NCBI GenBank assembly: GCA_035995725.1
Contig: DASYKE010000069.1
Coordinates: 7,665 to 71,664, forward strand
Length of the DNA stretch: 64,000 nucleotides
Source of the DNA: Burkholderiaceae bacterium
GTDB taxonomy: Bacteria > Pseudomonadota > Gammaproteobacteria > Burkholderiales > Burkholderiaceae_D
Reading direction: 5' to 3'
The notes below the pieces were generated by a model that was not told where the DNA came from, made no database searches, and saw only the letters and a program-made list of their open reading frames with translations. Positions 28,517 through 38,442 of this stretch are shown piece after piece. The first letter of the stretch is position 1; each line of letters opens with the position of its first letter. The translations under genes and the position numbers were made by a program.

Positions 28517-29863
28517 ATGTACATCGTCGAACGATTTGCCGAGTTCGCTGTCGCATCTCGCAAGCAGGCTATCGCACCGGAAGTGCTGCATCATGCCAAG
28601 CGCGCAGTGATAGACTGGTATGCGGCACTGCTGCCCGGTGCAGTGCTGCCGCCGGCAACCTTGCTCGAAGCCGCCCTCGCCGAGGAACTTGGCCGCGGCT
28701 CCGCCCGTCTGGCGCTCGGCACGCCTGCCACGATTCGCGCCGCAGCATTGATTAACGGCACCGCCGCCCATACCGCCGAAGTCGACGACATTTTTCGCGA
28801 CGGCATCTTCCACCCCGGCGCGCCCACCATCGCCGGTGCACTGGCATTGGCGCAAGCCAAGGGCGCCTCCGGCGAAGCATTCCTGCGCGCAGTAATCGCT
28901 GGCTACGAGATTTGTACACGTATCGGAGCGACGATGGGCCGCGCCCATTACAAATACTGGCACAACACCGGCACGGTCGGCTGCTTCGGCGCGGCTGCCG
29001 CTGCCGCCGAACTGCTGGAACTCGATCAAAAACGTTTTGCGCATGCGCTCGCGACGGTAGCGACCTTTTCGGCCGCATTGCAGCAGGCGTTTCGCATGGA
29101 CTCGATGTCCAAGCCGCTGCATGCGGGGCGTGCGGCCGAAGCCGGCATTACCGCCGCGCTCGGTGCGGCTGAAGGCATCACCGGCTCGCTCGACGTGCTG
29201 GAAGGCGACGCGGGCTTCGGTCGCGCGATGAGCGATGGGCCTGACTGGGCGCGCGCCGTTGCGACGCTCGGAAAAGATTTTCACATTACCCGCATGACTT
29301 TCAAAAATCACGCCTGCTGCGGCCATACCTTTGCACCCATCGACGGCGTGCTGGCGCTGCAGGAAGAAATGGGCATTTCTGCGGGCGACATCGAAAAAAT
29401 CCGGATCGGCACCTACCGGGCCGCGCTGGAGGTGGCGGGATACGAGAACCCGGTTACGCCGGCCGAAGCGCGCTTCTCGCTCAAATATGTGACGGCCACC
29501 GCACTTACGCACGGGAACGTGCGCCTTGCAGCGTTCGAATCGGACCGGATGGCGAACACTGCCACACGCGAGCTGATGAAACGTATCGAGGTGAAGCTCG
29601 ACCCGGAACTCGACGCCGCCTTTCCCGGCAAGCGCGCGGCGCGCATCCTGTTCGAAACACGCGACGGCCGGCGCGGCGAATATCTGCAGCCGACACGCAA
29701 GGGCGACCCGGAAGCGCCCCTCACCGACATTGAGCTGGAACAGAAATACCTGGAGCTCGCATCACCGGTATTGGGCTCAGCGGCGGCGTCGGCACTTCTC
29801 AAGAAATTGTGGCAGCTCGAATCCATGACATCACTCGATGCGCTGTGCGCCACAGCCGCATGA
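28517..29863 (+). CDS. MmgE/PrpD family protein (2-methylcitrate dehydratase-like)
   Basis: 448-aa ORF with PrpD-family length and sequence character (N-terminal FAV...AIDW region, GxxGxFGAAAAA). Confidence 0.8.
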   Translation: MYIVERFAEFAVASRKQAIAPEVLHHAKRAVIDWYAALLPGAVLPPATLLEAALAEELGRGSARLALGTPATIRAAALINGTAAHTAEVDDIFRDGIFHPGAPTIAGALALAQAKGASGEAFLRAVIAGYEICTRIGATMGRAHYKYWHNTGTVGCFGAAAAAAELLELDQKRFAHALATVATFSAALQQAFRMDSMSKPLHAGRAAEAGITAALGAAEGITGSLDVLEGDAGFGRAMSDGPDWARAVATLGKDFHITRMTFKNHACCGHTFAPIDGVLALQEEMGISAGDIEKIRIGTYRAALEVAGYENPVTPAEARFSLKYVTATALTHGNVRLAAFESDRMANTATRELMKRIEVKLDPELDAAFPGKRAARILFETRDGRRGEYLQPTRKGDPEAPLTDIELEQKYLELASPVLGSAAASALLKKLWQLESMTSLDALCATAA

Positions 29864-31986
29864 CCGCGCGTTCGACATTGGCTGATGCCCTGCTCAATCC
29901 GCGCGCGGTTGCGCTGATCGGCGTCTCGGGCGATCCGGCCAAGAACACCGCACGGCCCCTGCGTTTCATGCGCAAGCACGGCTACCGCGGCGACATTTAC
30001 CCGGTCAACGCCACGCGCGACGAAGTGCTCGGCGAGCGCGCTTACCGCAGCGTCACGGAGATCGATGCGGCGATCGACCACGCTTTCGTGATGGTGCCCG
30101 GCGCCCAGGTGGAAGAAGTATTGCGCGCCTGCGCAGTCAAGCGCATTCCGGTCGTGACGATTTATTCCGACGGCTTTGCTGAAATCGGAGAGGCGGGACG
30201 TGCCGCCCAGCAGCGCCTGGTGACGCTGGCGCGTTCGCTGAACATCCGCGTGGTCGGTCCGAACTCGATCGGCGTCATCAATGTCGCAAGCGCTGCGGTG
30301 CTGTCGGTCAATGCAGTGTTCGAGACCGATGCGCTGGTGGCCGGCGAAATCAGCGTGGTATCGCAGAGCGGTTCGATGATGGGTGCGCTGCTGTCGCGCG
30401 GCGCGGCGCGCGGTTTCGGGTTCGCCAAACTGGTTTCCGTAGGCAACGAGGGCGATGTTACCGTTGGCGAGCTGGTCGACATGCTGGTCGACGACCCGGA
30501 CACGCGCCAGATCCTGTTGTTCCTCGAAACCGTACGCGATGCGCCGACACTGGCGTGCGCTCTGCAGCGCGCACGCGCCGCGGGAAAGCCGGTGCTTGCA
30601 TACAAGCTCGGCCGTTCGCTACAGGGTGACGCAATTGCACAGTCACATACGGGTGCGCTGGCAGGCAACGATGCGGCGGTCGACGCTTTCCTGCGTCAGC
30701 ACGGCGTCATGCGCGTCGATCTGCTGGAAACGCTGTTCGAGGCAGTGCCTCTCGCCGCACGCTACGCCGCGCGCATGCCGGCGGCAATCGGCACTCCGCG
30801 CGTTGCGGTAGTGACCACCACCGGCGGCGGTGCGGCCACAGTGGTCGACCGGCTCGGCCTGGCCGGCATCGACGCAGTGCCGCCCCCGGCAGCCTTTATC
30901 GCACACATGGCGGCGCGCGGCATGCAGATCCGTCCGACGCCGATCATCGACCTGACGCTGGCCGCGACCAGCGCGCAATACCGCGATTTGCTCGAACAGA
31001 TTCTCGACAGCGACTGGTGCGATGCCGTCATCAGTGTTGCCGGTTCATCGGCGCAGTTCCATCCGCAGCTCGCGGTGCGCCCGATCATCGAAGCTGCGCA
31101 AACGGCGCGCAAGCCGCTGGTGGCTTTCCTCGCGCCCGAAGCACCCGAGTCGCTGCGCGCATTGCAGCAGCAAGGGGTACCCGCATTCCGCACACCCGAA
31201 GCATGCGCCGATGCGCTGACCCAGCTATTCCATGTCGCGCGCGTGGCAGGCGCGGCCGGGCAGGCATCCGACCGAGCTGCATTCGACTGGCCGCCCGGCC
31301 TGCCGTGCGCCGGGAATCTGACTGAATTCGAAGCCTCGCAAGCGTTCGCTGCGCTCGGCGTGCCGATGGCCGCATGTGCGCATATCGGGTCGCGCGACCG
31401 TGCGCACGGCATCGCCTATCCGATCGTGCTGAAAATATCGTCGCGCGAGATCCTGCACAAGACCGAGGCCGGCGGCGTCAGGATCGGCGTCCGCAACGAC
31501 GCCGACCTGCGGAAAGCAATGGATGAACTGGCCTCGAACGTCGCCGAACGTGCGGCGCATGCCCGCTGCGACGGCTGGCTGGTGCAGCGCATGGAAAGCC
31601 GGTTGCTGGAACTGATGCTTGGCTATCGCAACGATCCGCTGGTGGGACCGACCGTGATGCTGAGCGCGGGCGGCGTCACAGCCGAGCTGTACGCGGATTT
31701 TGCGTTGCGTCCGGCGCCGGTGGCTCTGGCCGCGGCCCGGCAAATGATCGACGAGGTGCGCGCCACGCGTCTGGTGCGTGGCTTTCGCGGACTGCCGCTC
31801 GGCGACTGCGAAGCCCTTGCCAACGCGATCGTACGCTTTTCGCAGCTTGCCTGCGCCAATGGCGTCGAGATTGCCGAAGCCGAAATCAACCCGCTTTTCG
31901 TTCAGGCAGATGGCGTTATCGGAGTCGACGCGCTGATTCGCCTGCAAAGCCCCGATCAAACCACTCTTCATTCCTGTCCATCATGA
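29860..31986 (+). CDS. ADP-forming acyl-CoA synthetase (CoA-binding plus ATP-grasp fusion)
   Basis: N-terminal CoA-binding region LLNPRAVALIGVSGDPAKN, a succinyl-CoA-synthetase-like flavodoxin domain, and a C-terminal ATP-grasp. The ATG at 29860 overlaps the upstream stop (ATGA). Confidence 0.8.
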   Translation: MTARSTLADALLNPRAVALIGVSGDPAKNTARPLRFMRKHGYRGDIYPVNATRDEVLGERAYRSVTEIDAAIDHAFVMVPGAQVEEVLRACAVKRIPVVTIYSDGFAEIGEAGRAAQQRLVTLARSLNIRVVGPNSIGVINVASAAVLSVNAVFETDALVAGEISVVSQSGSMMGALLSRGAARGFGFAKLVSVGNEGDVTVGELVDMLVDDPDTRQILLFLETVRDAPTLACALQRARAAGKPVLAYKLGRSLQGDAIAQSHTGALAGNDAAVDAFLRQHGVMRVDLLETLFEAVPLAARYAARMPAAIGTPRVAVVTTTGGGAATVVDRLGLAGIDAVPPPAAFIAHMAARGMQIRPTPIIDLTLAATSAQYRDLLEQILDSDWCDAVISVAGSSAQFHPQLAVRPIIEAAQTARKPLVAFLAPEAPESLRALQQQGVPAFRTPEACADALTQLFHVARVAGAAGQASDRAAFDWPPGLPCAGNLTEFEASQAFAALGVPMAACAHIGSRDRAHGIAYPIVLKISSREILHKTEAGGVRIGVRNDADLRKAMDELASNVAERAAHARCDGWLVQRMESRLLELMLGYRNDPLVGPTVMLSAGGVTAELYADFALRPAPVALAAARQMIDEVRATRLVRGFRGLPLGDCEALANAIVRFSQLACANGVEIAEAEINPLFVQADGVIGVDALIRLQSPDQTTLHSCPS

Positions 31987-33137
31987 ATTTCCAGCTTACT
32001 CCCGAACAGAGCGAATTCCAGGACGCGGTCACGCGATTTGCCGAAAAATACTTGCGTGCCGGTGCGCGGCAACGTGCGCATGCTCAAGAATATCCTGCCG
32101 ACGTAGCCAAGCTGATGGCGACGCAAGGTTTGCTCGGCATCACGATCGCCGAAGCCGACGGCGGGCAGGGCGGCACACTGATGGATGCGGTCATCGCCAT
32201 TCAGGCTGTCGCTTCGGTATGCCCGCGCAGCGCCGATGTGATCCAGGCCGGCAACTTCGGTGCCATCCGCGTATTGGCGGAATACGGCAGTGCCTTCCAG
32301 AAAAAGACCTATCTGCGCCGACTGCTCGATGGCGACGCGTTGATCTCCGTCGGCATGACCGAACCCGAAGCCGGATCAGCCGTCACTGAACTGAAGACGT
32401 CGGCCACGCCGGATGGCGACGGCTTCCGCATCAACGGAACCAAGATCTTCACGACTCACGGTCCTTACGCCGACGTGATTCTCGCTTATGTCCGGTTCGG
32501 ACCGGGAGTGGCCGGCATCGGCTCGGTACTGATCGATACCCGCGCACAGGGCGTGCGCATCGGCCAGCGCTCGGCTTTCATGTCGGGAGAGGAGTGGGCG
32601 GAGATTTATTTCGAAAATGTATTTGTCCCCGCCTCCCATGTCGTGCTGAAGGAAGGCGGTTTCAAAAAGCAGATTTCCGGTTTCAACGTCGAGCGCCTTG
32701 GAAACACCGCTCGCTCGCTCGCGCTTGGGCGTTATGCTTACGAAACCGCGCGGCAATGGGCACTGCAGCGCAAGCAATTCGGCCGGCTGCTGTGCGAGTT
32801 CCAGGGGCTGCAATGGAAATTTGCCGACATGCGCATGAAGCTCGATGCGGGCCAACTGCTGTTGTACCGCGCCGCGGTAAATGCGGACAGCGGATTCCCG
32901 TCGCCTGAAGAAACCGCGATCGCCAAAGCTTTCTGCAACCAGGCCGGCTTCGACATCGCCAACGAAGCGCTGCAGGTGATGGGCGGGATGGGCTATAGCC
33001 AGGAAGTACTGGTCGAGTACTGCATGCGCCGTTGCCGCGGATGGATGATAGCGGGGGGCTCGATCGAGATCCTGAAAAACCGGATTGCCGAAGCGATATT
33101 CGAACGCAGTTTCCCGCAGCGTCCTGATTCCCGATAA
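31983..33137 (+). CDS. acyl-CoA dehydrogenase
   Basis: 384-aa ORF with ACAD N, M and C regions (MTEPEAGS, GGMGYSQE, IAGGSIEILKNRIA). 4-nt overlap with the upstream gene. Confidence 0.85.
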   Translation: MNFQLTPEQSEFQDAVTRFAEKYLRAGARQRAHAQEYPADVAKLMATQGLLGITIAEADGGQGGTLMDAVIAIQAVASVCPRSADVIQAGNFGAIRVLAEYGSAFQKKTYLRRLLDGDALISVGMTEPEAGSAVTELKTSATPDGDGFRINGTKIFTTHGPYADVILAYVRFGPGVAGIGSVLIDTRAQGVRIGQRSAFMSGEEWAEIYFENVFVPASHVVLKEGGFKKQISGFNVERLGNTARSLALGRYAYETARQWALQRKQFGRLLCEFQGLQWKFADMRMKLDAGQLLLYRAAVNADSGFPSPEETAIAKAFCNQAGFDIANEALQVMGGMGYSQEVLVEYCMRRCRGWMIAGGSIEILKNRIAEAIFERSFPQRPDSR

Positions 33138-33151
33138 TTCGCAAGGATACA

Positions 33152-34015
33152 ATGATGCCTATCGTGCCTGAAGGAGCAGACCAGGGCTTTGTCGAAACAC
33201 CTGTCGGCAAAGTTCATTACGTCAGCGCCGGCAGCGGACCGCCGCTTTTTTTGCTGCACGGCGGTCACGGAAGCTGGGTGCACTGGCATGCCAATCTCAT
33301 GCCGCTGGCGAACCGGCATACGGTATTTGCGCTCGACATGCCGGGTTTCGGGCAGTCGGCCGATGCTCCAGCCAGCGGCCGGATCGAGGATGTCGCGCAA
33401 TCGGTATGGGATACGATCGCGGCACTGCGTGCGACGCTGTCCCCGTCGCTCCGAAATCTTCCTGTCGATATCGCAGGCTTTTCATTTGGCACCTTGGTGG
33501 CGGCAACCCTGGCTTCCCGGCAACCGCAGGCAGTGCGAGCACTGTTGCTCGTCAACCCGCCGGGATTGGGCGAAGTGTCGCAGGAAGTGCGGCAGGTTCA
33601 AGCTCGTGCGGCCGATGCAGCGCGCATCGGCGGATTGCGCGCGGGCCTCGAAATAACTCTGCGCGACCTGCTGCTGTGTCGGCCGGAGCGTGCCGATGCA
33701 TTCGCGCTCGAGCTGCTTGAACATGGCGTTGTCAATACGCGCTTGGTGTCGCGCAGTCTTTCGCGCGCGGCGCGGCTTATCCCGTTACTGGGCACATTGA
33801 AGCCGTCGGTACACGTGGTTCTCGGCGAGAACGATCCGCATCAGCGCCATGAACTTGCGGCACGCCGCACGCGACTCGAAGCGGCGCTCGGCGCATCCTG
33901 CGTGAGCCTATTTGCCGATGCGTCACACTGGCTGCAATACGATCAGCCGGAGCGCTTCAATGAACTGGCGCTGCGGGTATTTGCGCGGTGCGATGTGGCC
34001 GTTCATCCTGAGTAG
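33152..34015 (+). CDS. alpha/beta hydrolase
   Basis: HGGHGS oxyanion region, nucleophile elbow GFSFG, and a C-terminal DASHW histidine. Confidence 0.75.
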   Translation: MMPIVPEGADQGFVETPVGKVHYVSAGSGPPLFLLHGGHGSWVHWHANLMPLANRHTVFALDMPGFGQSADAPASGRIEDVAQSVWDTIAALRATLSPSLRNLPVDIAGFSFGTLVAATLASRQPQAVRALLLVNPPGLGEVSQEVRQVQARAADAARIGGLRAGLEITLRDLLLCRPERADAFALELLEHGVVNTRLVSRSLSRAARLIPLLGTLKPSVHVVLGENDPHQRHELAARRTRLEAALGASCVSLFADASHWLQYDQPERFNELALRVFARCDVAVHPE

Positions 34016-34132
34016 GCTTCGATACGCTGCGCTACCCAGGATGAACGAGCCTGTTCAAGACGAACGGATTTCAGCTTAACCAACCGGCATTGACTCCGTC
34101 AGCCGAGGTTTCCACGATAAGGAAAGTGCACC

Positions 34133-34924
34133 ATGAACGAATTTCCCCAACTGACATTCAAGTCGCTGCAGCATGCGGTCTCGCCGGAAGAATGGCAGGC
34201 GCGCGTCGACTGCGCCTGCGCCTACCGGCTGGTTCATTATTACGAGATGCACGACATGGTATATAACCATATTTCGACGCGCGTCCCGGGCAAGGACGAG
34301 CATTTTCTGCTCAATCCCTTCGGCATGCTGTACGACGAGATTTGCGCATCTTCGCTGATCAAGGTCGACATCGACGGCCAGGTCATATGGCGGCCCGAAT
34401 TTCCGGCCGGCCTGAACTACCAGTTCAATCCCGCCGGATACGTGGTGCACAGCGCGATTCACCGGGCACGGCCGGAAGTGGGCTGCATCATTCACACGCA
34501 TTCGCTGGCCGGCATGGCGGTATCGTCGCTGGATGTCGGCTTGCTGCCGCTGACCCAGACCGCGATGCGATTTTCCAGGGTCGCATCGCACGACTACGAG
34601 GGCGTGGTGGTCGACCTGGGCGAGCAGGAAAGACTGGTGCGCGACCTCGGCGACTGCGAGGTGATGATATTGCGCAACCATGGCCTGCTGGCGGTCGGCG
34701 CCACGGTGGCGCAGGCCTTCAACAACATCTACCGCATCGAACGGGCATGCCGCGCGCAACTGATGGCGATGGCCTGCAATACGCAACTGGTTCTGCCGTC
34801 GCAGCAAGTGATTGACCATACCAATCATTTATACAAGCCGGAGGTACGGCGTCCGTATGGATTGATGGAGTGGCCGGCGATGCGGCGCTTGATGGACCGG
34901 GTCGATGCCAGCTACCAAAACTGA
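34133..34924 (+). CDS. class II aldolase/adducin-head family protein
   Basis: Metal-ligand histidines in IHTHS and RNHG. Adducin-head-like length of 263 aa. Confidence 0.8.
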   Translation: MNEFPQLTFKSLQHAVSPEEWQARVDCACAYRLVHYYEMHDMVYNHISTRVPGKDEHFLLNPFGMLYDEICASSLIKVDIDGQVIWRPEFPAGLNYQFNPAGYVVHSAIHRARPEVGCIIHTHSLAGMAVSSLDVGLLPLTQTAMRFSRVASHDYEGVVVDLGEQERLVRDLGDCEVMILRNHGLLAVGATVAQAFNNIYRIERACRAQLMAMACNTQLVLPSQQVIDHTNHLYKPEVRRPYGLMEWPAMRRLMDRVDASYQN

Positions 34925-35936
34925 GCGCGAATCGCGCGTGCAGCCCCGGCCCAGAGTCCTGCTGACGAGCATGATCGCCGCTGCATCTCTGGCGGAGCTG
35001 CAGGCCGCGTTCGAAGTTGCCGTGGCGCCGGATAACGCATTAGCCACATTGCGGGCACTGGTGTGCGATGCACACGCTATCGTCGTGCGCGACTATTTGC
35101 CGCCGGATCTGTGCGAACACGCACCGCAACTCATCGCGGTTGCCCGGCATGGAGTAGGGCTGGATCTGATCCCGGTCGATGCCTGCAGCGCGCACGGCGT
35201 TGCGGTATCCAACGTGCCGGGAGGGAATGCCAACAGCGTGGTTGAATACTGCGTCGGCGCCATGCTGAACCTGGCGCGCAAGCTTCATCGGGCCGACCGC
35301 ACCCAGCGCGATATCGGCTGGGAAGCGGCGCGGCGTCTGGCAACCAATGGACTGGAGCTGCGCGGCCGCTGTGCCGCCATCATCGGCTGCGGCGCAATCG
35401 GTTCGCGCCTGGCGCATCTGCTGCATGCCGGCTTCGGCATGCAGATCGTGGTAGCCACGCGCAATGCCGGCGCGGTACCTGACTTCGCCCAGCATCTCAG
35501 CATCGACCAGGCCTGCAGCCGCGCCGATTTTCTACTGCCCTGCGTGCCGGCGACCGCGCAGACGCACCATATGATCGACGCGCGCCGCCTTGCGTCGATG
35601 CGGCCCGAGGCGTTTATCGTCAATGCATCGCGCGGCGATGTGATCGACGAAGCCGCGCTGACCGACGCGTTGCGCACCGGACGCATAGCGGGTGCTGCGC
35701 TCGACGTCCTGGAAGCCAAGGTACCGTCTGCGGATCATCCGCTGTATGGCCTGGACAATGTTTTACTGACTCCCCACATCGGCGGCCATACCGACGATGC
35801 GACCCTGCGCAACGGCATGCAGGTCAACGCCGATTTACGCGCCGTTTTCGCCGGGCGCCAACCGGGTAATCTGATCAACCCGGAAATCTGGCCGCATGTG
35901 CTGCAACGGCTGGGCGCCTTGAAGCTGCATCCGTGA
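34905..35936 (+). CDS. D-isomer-specific 2-hydroxyacid dehydrogenase family protein
   Basis: NAD site GCGAIGSRLA, and catalytic region SRGDVIDE...TPHIGG. Confidence 0.8.
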   Translation: MPATKTERESRVQPRPRVLLTSMIAAASLAELQAAFEVAVAPDNALATLRALVCDAHAIVVRDYLPPDLCEHAPQLIAVARHGVGLDLIPVDACSAHGVAVSNVPGGNANSVVEYCVGAMLNLARKLHRADRTQRDIGWEAARRLATNGLELRGRCAAIIGCGAIGSRLAHLLHAGFGMQIVVATRNAGAVPDFAQHLSIDQACSRADFLLPCVPATAQTHHMIDARRLASMRPEAFIVNASRGDVIDEAALTDALRTGRIAGAALDVLEAKVPSADHPLYGLDNVLLTPHIGGHTDDATLRNGMQVNADLRAVFAGRQPGNLINPEIWPHVLQRLGALKLHP

Positions 35937-35967
35937 TGCTGCGCCGGCCGGTGGCATTTTTTGATGC

Positions 35968-36798
35968 TCAGTCTGTCACGTCGCGTCGTGCCGGGCCGGT
36001 GTAGCGATACCCGAACTGGCGTGGCATCGGTCCCTTGATCCGTTCGTTGCGGCCTTGCTGCTCCCATGCATGGGCGAGGATGCCGACCATGCGCGACAGG
36101 CAAAAGATGCCGCGTGCGAGTTCGGGCGCAAAACCCAGTTCGGCATAGATCACGGCCGTCGCCGCATCGATGTTCATCGGAATCGGCTTGCCCTTGCGAG
36201 TACGTAATTCTGCTTCGATCGCGCGTGCGATGGCGGCGTAACGGCCATCGACCACCCGGTCGGCAACGGCGGCATCGACCAGCGCCAGCAAACGCGGCGC
36301 GCGCGGATCGACCGGATGAAAACGATGGCCGAAGCCGGGCACGAACTTGCCGTGTTCGGCGTGGAACGTGTCAAGTCCCCGCGACACCGCCGCTTCCAGT
36401 GTCGTGCCGTCTGCGCGCAGCGCGTCTATCGCGTGGAACAGCTCGACCGCCTGCTGGCCCGCGCCGCCGTGCACATCATCCAGGACATTCACCGCCGACG
36501 CCAGCGCGCCGTTGAGCGGCAGGCCGCAACTGACGGCCATGCGCGCGATCGCGATCGACGGCGCATGAGGGCCGTGATCGACCGAGGCCACCAGTGCCGC
36601 CTCCAGCAAGTCGGCATGCGCGCGCGGCGGGCGCTCGCCGCGTACCATCAGCCAGATCATTTCCGCGAAACCGACATTGCCGATCAGCTGCTCGATCGGA
36701 TAGCCGCGCGCTTCGATCGAGCCGGGCCGGATGTTGATAATGGAAGTGCTCCAGTATTCGGCAGCCGCCTCGGCGAAATTTTCCGTTTTGGAATTCAT
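35968..36798 (-). CDS. citrate synthase-like family protein (short form, citryl-CoA lyase-like)
   Basis: 276-aa ORF with the citrate-synthase HGGA motif (DDVHGGAGQ) and a FGHRFH-type histidine. Overlaps the upstream CoA-transferase by 4 nt. Confidence 0.65.
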   Translation of the reverse strand: MNSKTENFAEAAAEYWSTSIINIRPGSIEARGYPIEQLIGNVGFAEMIWLMVRGERPPRAHADLLEAALVASVDHGPHAPSIAIARMAVSCGLPLNGALASAVNVLDDVHGGAGQQAVELFHAIDALRADGTTLEAAVSRGLDTFHAEHGKFVPGFGHRFHPVDPRAPRLLALVDAAVADRVVDGRYAAIARAIEAELRTRKGKPIPMNIDAATAVIYAELGFAPELARGIFCLSRMVGILAHAWEQQGRNERIKGPMPRQFGYRYTGPARRDVTD

Positions 36799-37988
36799 AT
36801 CGTTCCTTTTTGACGCAACGCGTCGATCTGTTCGGTACTGTAGCCCATCCGTTCAAGATGCGTGTCGGTATGTGCGGACAGCATGGGTGCGGCCGAGGCC
36901 GGATGCGGGTCTCCGTCCGACATGCGAAAGCCGCAGCGCGTCAGATGCTGGCGTCCGGTCGGCGTGTCGAAAGATGAAACGAAGTGGCGCTGCGCAATGT
37001 GCGGATCGCCCAGAATTTGCGGTACCGTCATGACCTTGCCGGCCGGTACGCCGGCATCGACCAGCAGTTGTTCCCATTGCGCCGCACTGCGAGTGCGCAG
37101 CGCATCTTCGAGCTCATCCTTCAATGCCTTGCGATGGATTTTCCGGTTCTGCCGGTCGGCGAAGCGATCGTCGTCGATCAGGTCGGCCCGGCCCACCAGC
37201 CTGCACAGCGTGCGGTATTGCTTGTCTTCGTTGGCTGCGATGTTCAACAGACCGTCGCCGGTTTTAAAAGTGCCGGACGGCGCCGCGGTGAAATTTTCAT
37301 TGCCCATCGGCGTGGGTTCGACGCCGACATTCAGATAGTTCGACACCACCCACCCCATCGTCGCCAGCGTCGATTCGAGCATCGACACGTCGATCATGCG
37401 GCCGCCGCCGCCGGCGCGCGATTGCACCAGCGCGGCGCAAATCGCGAACGCCGCCGTCAGGCCGCCGATCGTATCCGATGCCGGATAGCCGACGCGCAGC
37501 GGTGCGCTGCCGGCATCGCCGGTGATGCTCATGACGCCTGCGATACCCTGGATGATCTGATCGTAGGCGGGGCGAGCCGCCATCGGCCCGTCCTGGCCGA
37601 ATCCCGAGATGGCGCAATAAATCAGCGCCGGGTTGATCGCCGCCAGTTCCTCATAGCCCAGGCCGAGACGCGCCATGACGCCCGGCCTGAAATTTTCGAG
37701 CACGACATCCGCGTCGCGCACCATGCGCAAAAAAATCTCCTTGCCTTCATCGTGTTTCAGGTTCAGCGTAATCGATTGTTTGCCGCCATTGACCGCAACG
37801 AAGGAGGTTCCCATGCTCCGCGCTGCGGCAGCCGGATCCGCGCCGAGCTGTCGCGCCAGATCACCGGTTACCGGCTGTTCGATCTTGATCACTTCGGCGC
37901 CGAGCAATGCCAGCTGGTAGCCGCAAAACGGCCCGGCAAGAACGTTCGATAAATCGAGGACGCGAACGCCTGCGAGAGGAAATGTCAT
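36795..37988 (-). CDS. family III CoA-transferase (CaiB/BaiF)
   Basis: RVLDLSNVLAGP and VLENFRPGV motifs. Paralog of the CDS at 18494..19684. Confidence 0.85.
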   Translation of the reverse strand: MTFPLAGVRVLDLSNVLAGPFCGYQLALLGAEVIKIEQPVTGDLARQLGADPAAAARSMGTSFVAVNGGKQSITLNLKHDEGKEIFLRMVRDADVVLENFRPGVMARLGLGYEELAAINPALIYCAISGFGQDGPMAARPAYDQIIQGIAGVMSITGDAGSAPLRVGYPASDTIGGLTAAFAICAALVQSRAGGGGRMIDVSMLESTLATMGWVVSNYLNVGVEPTPMGNENFTAAPSGTFKTGDGLLNIAANEDKQYRTLCRLVGRADLIDDDRFADRQNRKIHRKALKDELEDALRTRSAAQWEQLLVDAGVPAGKVMTVPQILGDPHIAQRHFVSSFDTPTGRQHLTRCGFRMSDGDPHPASAAPMLSAHTDTHLERMGYSTEQIDALRQKGTI

Positions 37989-38442
37989 GGAGTTCTCCGA
38001 TTGGATTGCGGTAAAGCTGGACGGCTATGCCTGCTGTCGTAGCACTTCAGGCGGTTCCGATTGACGCGGGCAAGACTTGACGAAATAGCGTGATTGCGTG
38101 TTGCGTGGAGCACGAATTTATTCCGACTGTCTGACAGCAAATATGAACATCCTGCCAGAAAAGATTTTCCCGAAAGCTCTTGCCTGCGTCAAGCGCGCAT
38201 TTGCCATGCAGGTAATGCTTTGCTATATTTCCACAGACTTAGGGCCTATTTCAGTAGGAAACAGCCCCGCCGATGATTCAAGCCAGCTCGGAAAAAACGA
38301 CGCTGCTTCATCGTGCCGATGTTTTTCCGCCTCTTTCCTGTTTGAGGACACTCGTTTTGACGACATTTATAAGAATGCAGGAATCCAATACCCTGCGCAA
38401 CAAGGCATTGCCATCCATCGCTCCTCAACTCGAAAGCCGGTC

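Noticed and set aside
27992-29512. Very long antisense ORFs: 27992..29512 (506 aa), 9396..10976 (526 aa), 43417..44676, 39778..40983, 18488..19609, 45494..46564, 36984..37952, 8373..9353 and 6207..7202.
   Set aside because: Each lies opposite a CDS with clear family motifs. Their translations are Arg/Ala/Gly-rich with no recognisable domains. Some span intergenic gaps and two genes. Stop-codon depletion in antisense frames is expected in GC-rich DNA.
35937-35967. Possible bidirectional terminator between the convergent 2-hydroxyacid dehydrogenase and citryl-CoA-lyase-like genes (gcgccggccggtggc followed by attttttg).
   Set aside because: The stem pairing is poor when written out, and only the T-run is convincing.
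38098-38442. N-terminal extensions of several track ORFs (38098, 20435, 46573, 27281, 9729..10931, 29809, 57880..58725).
   Set aside because: The extensions overlap neighbouring genes or lack family similarity. Internal ATGs with an RBS or start/stop coupling give canonical protein lengths.
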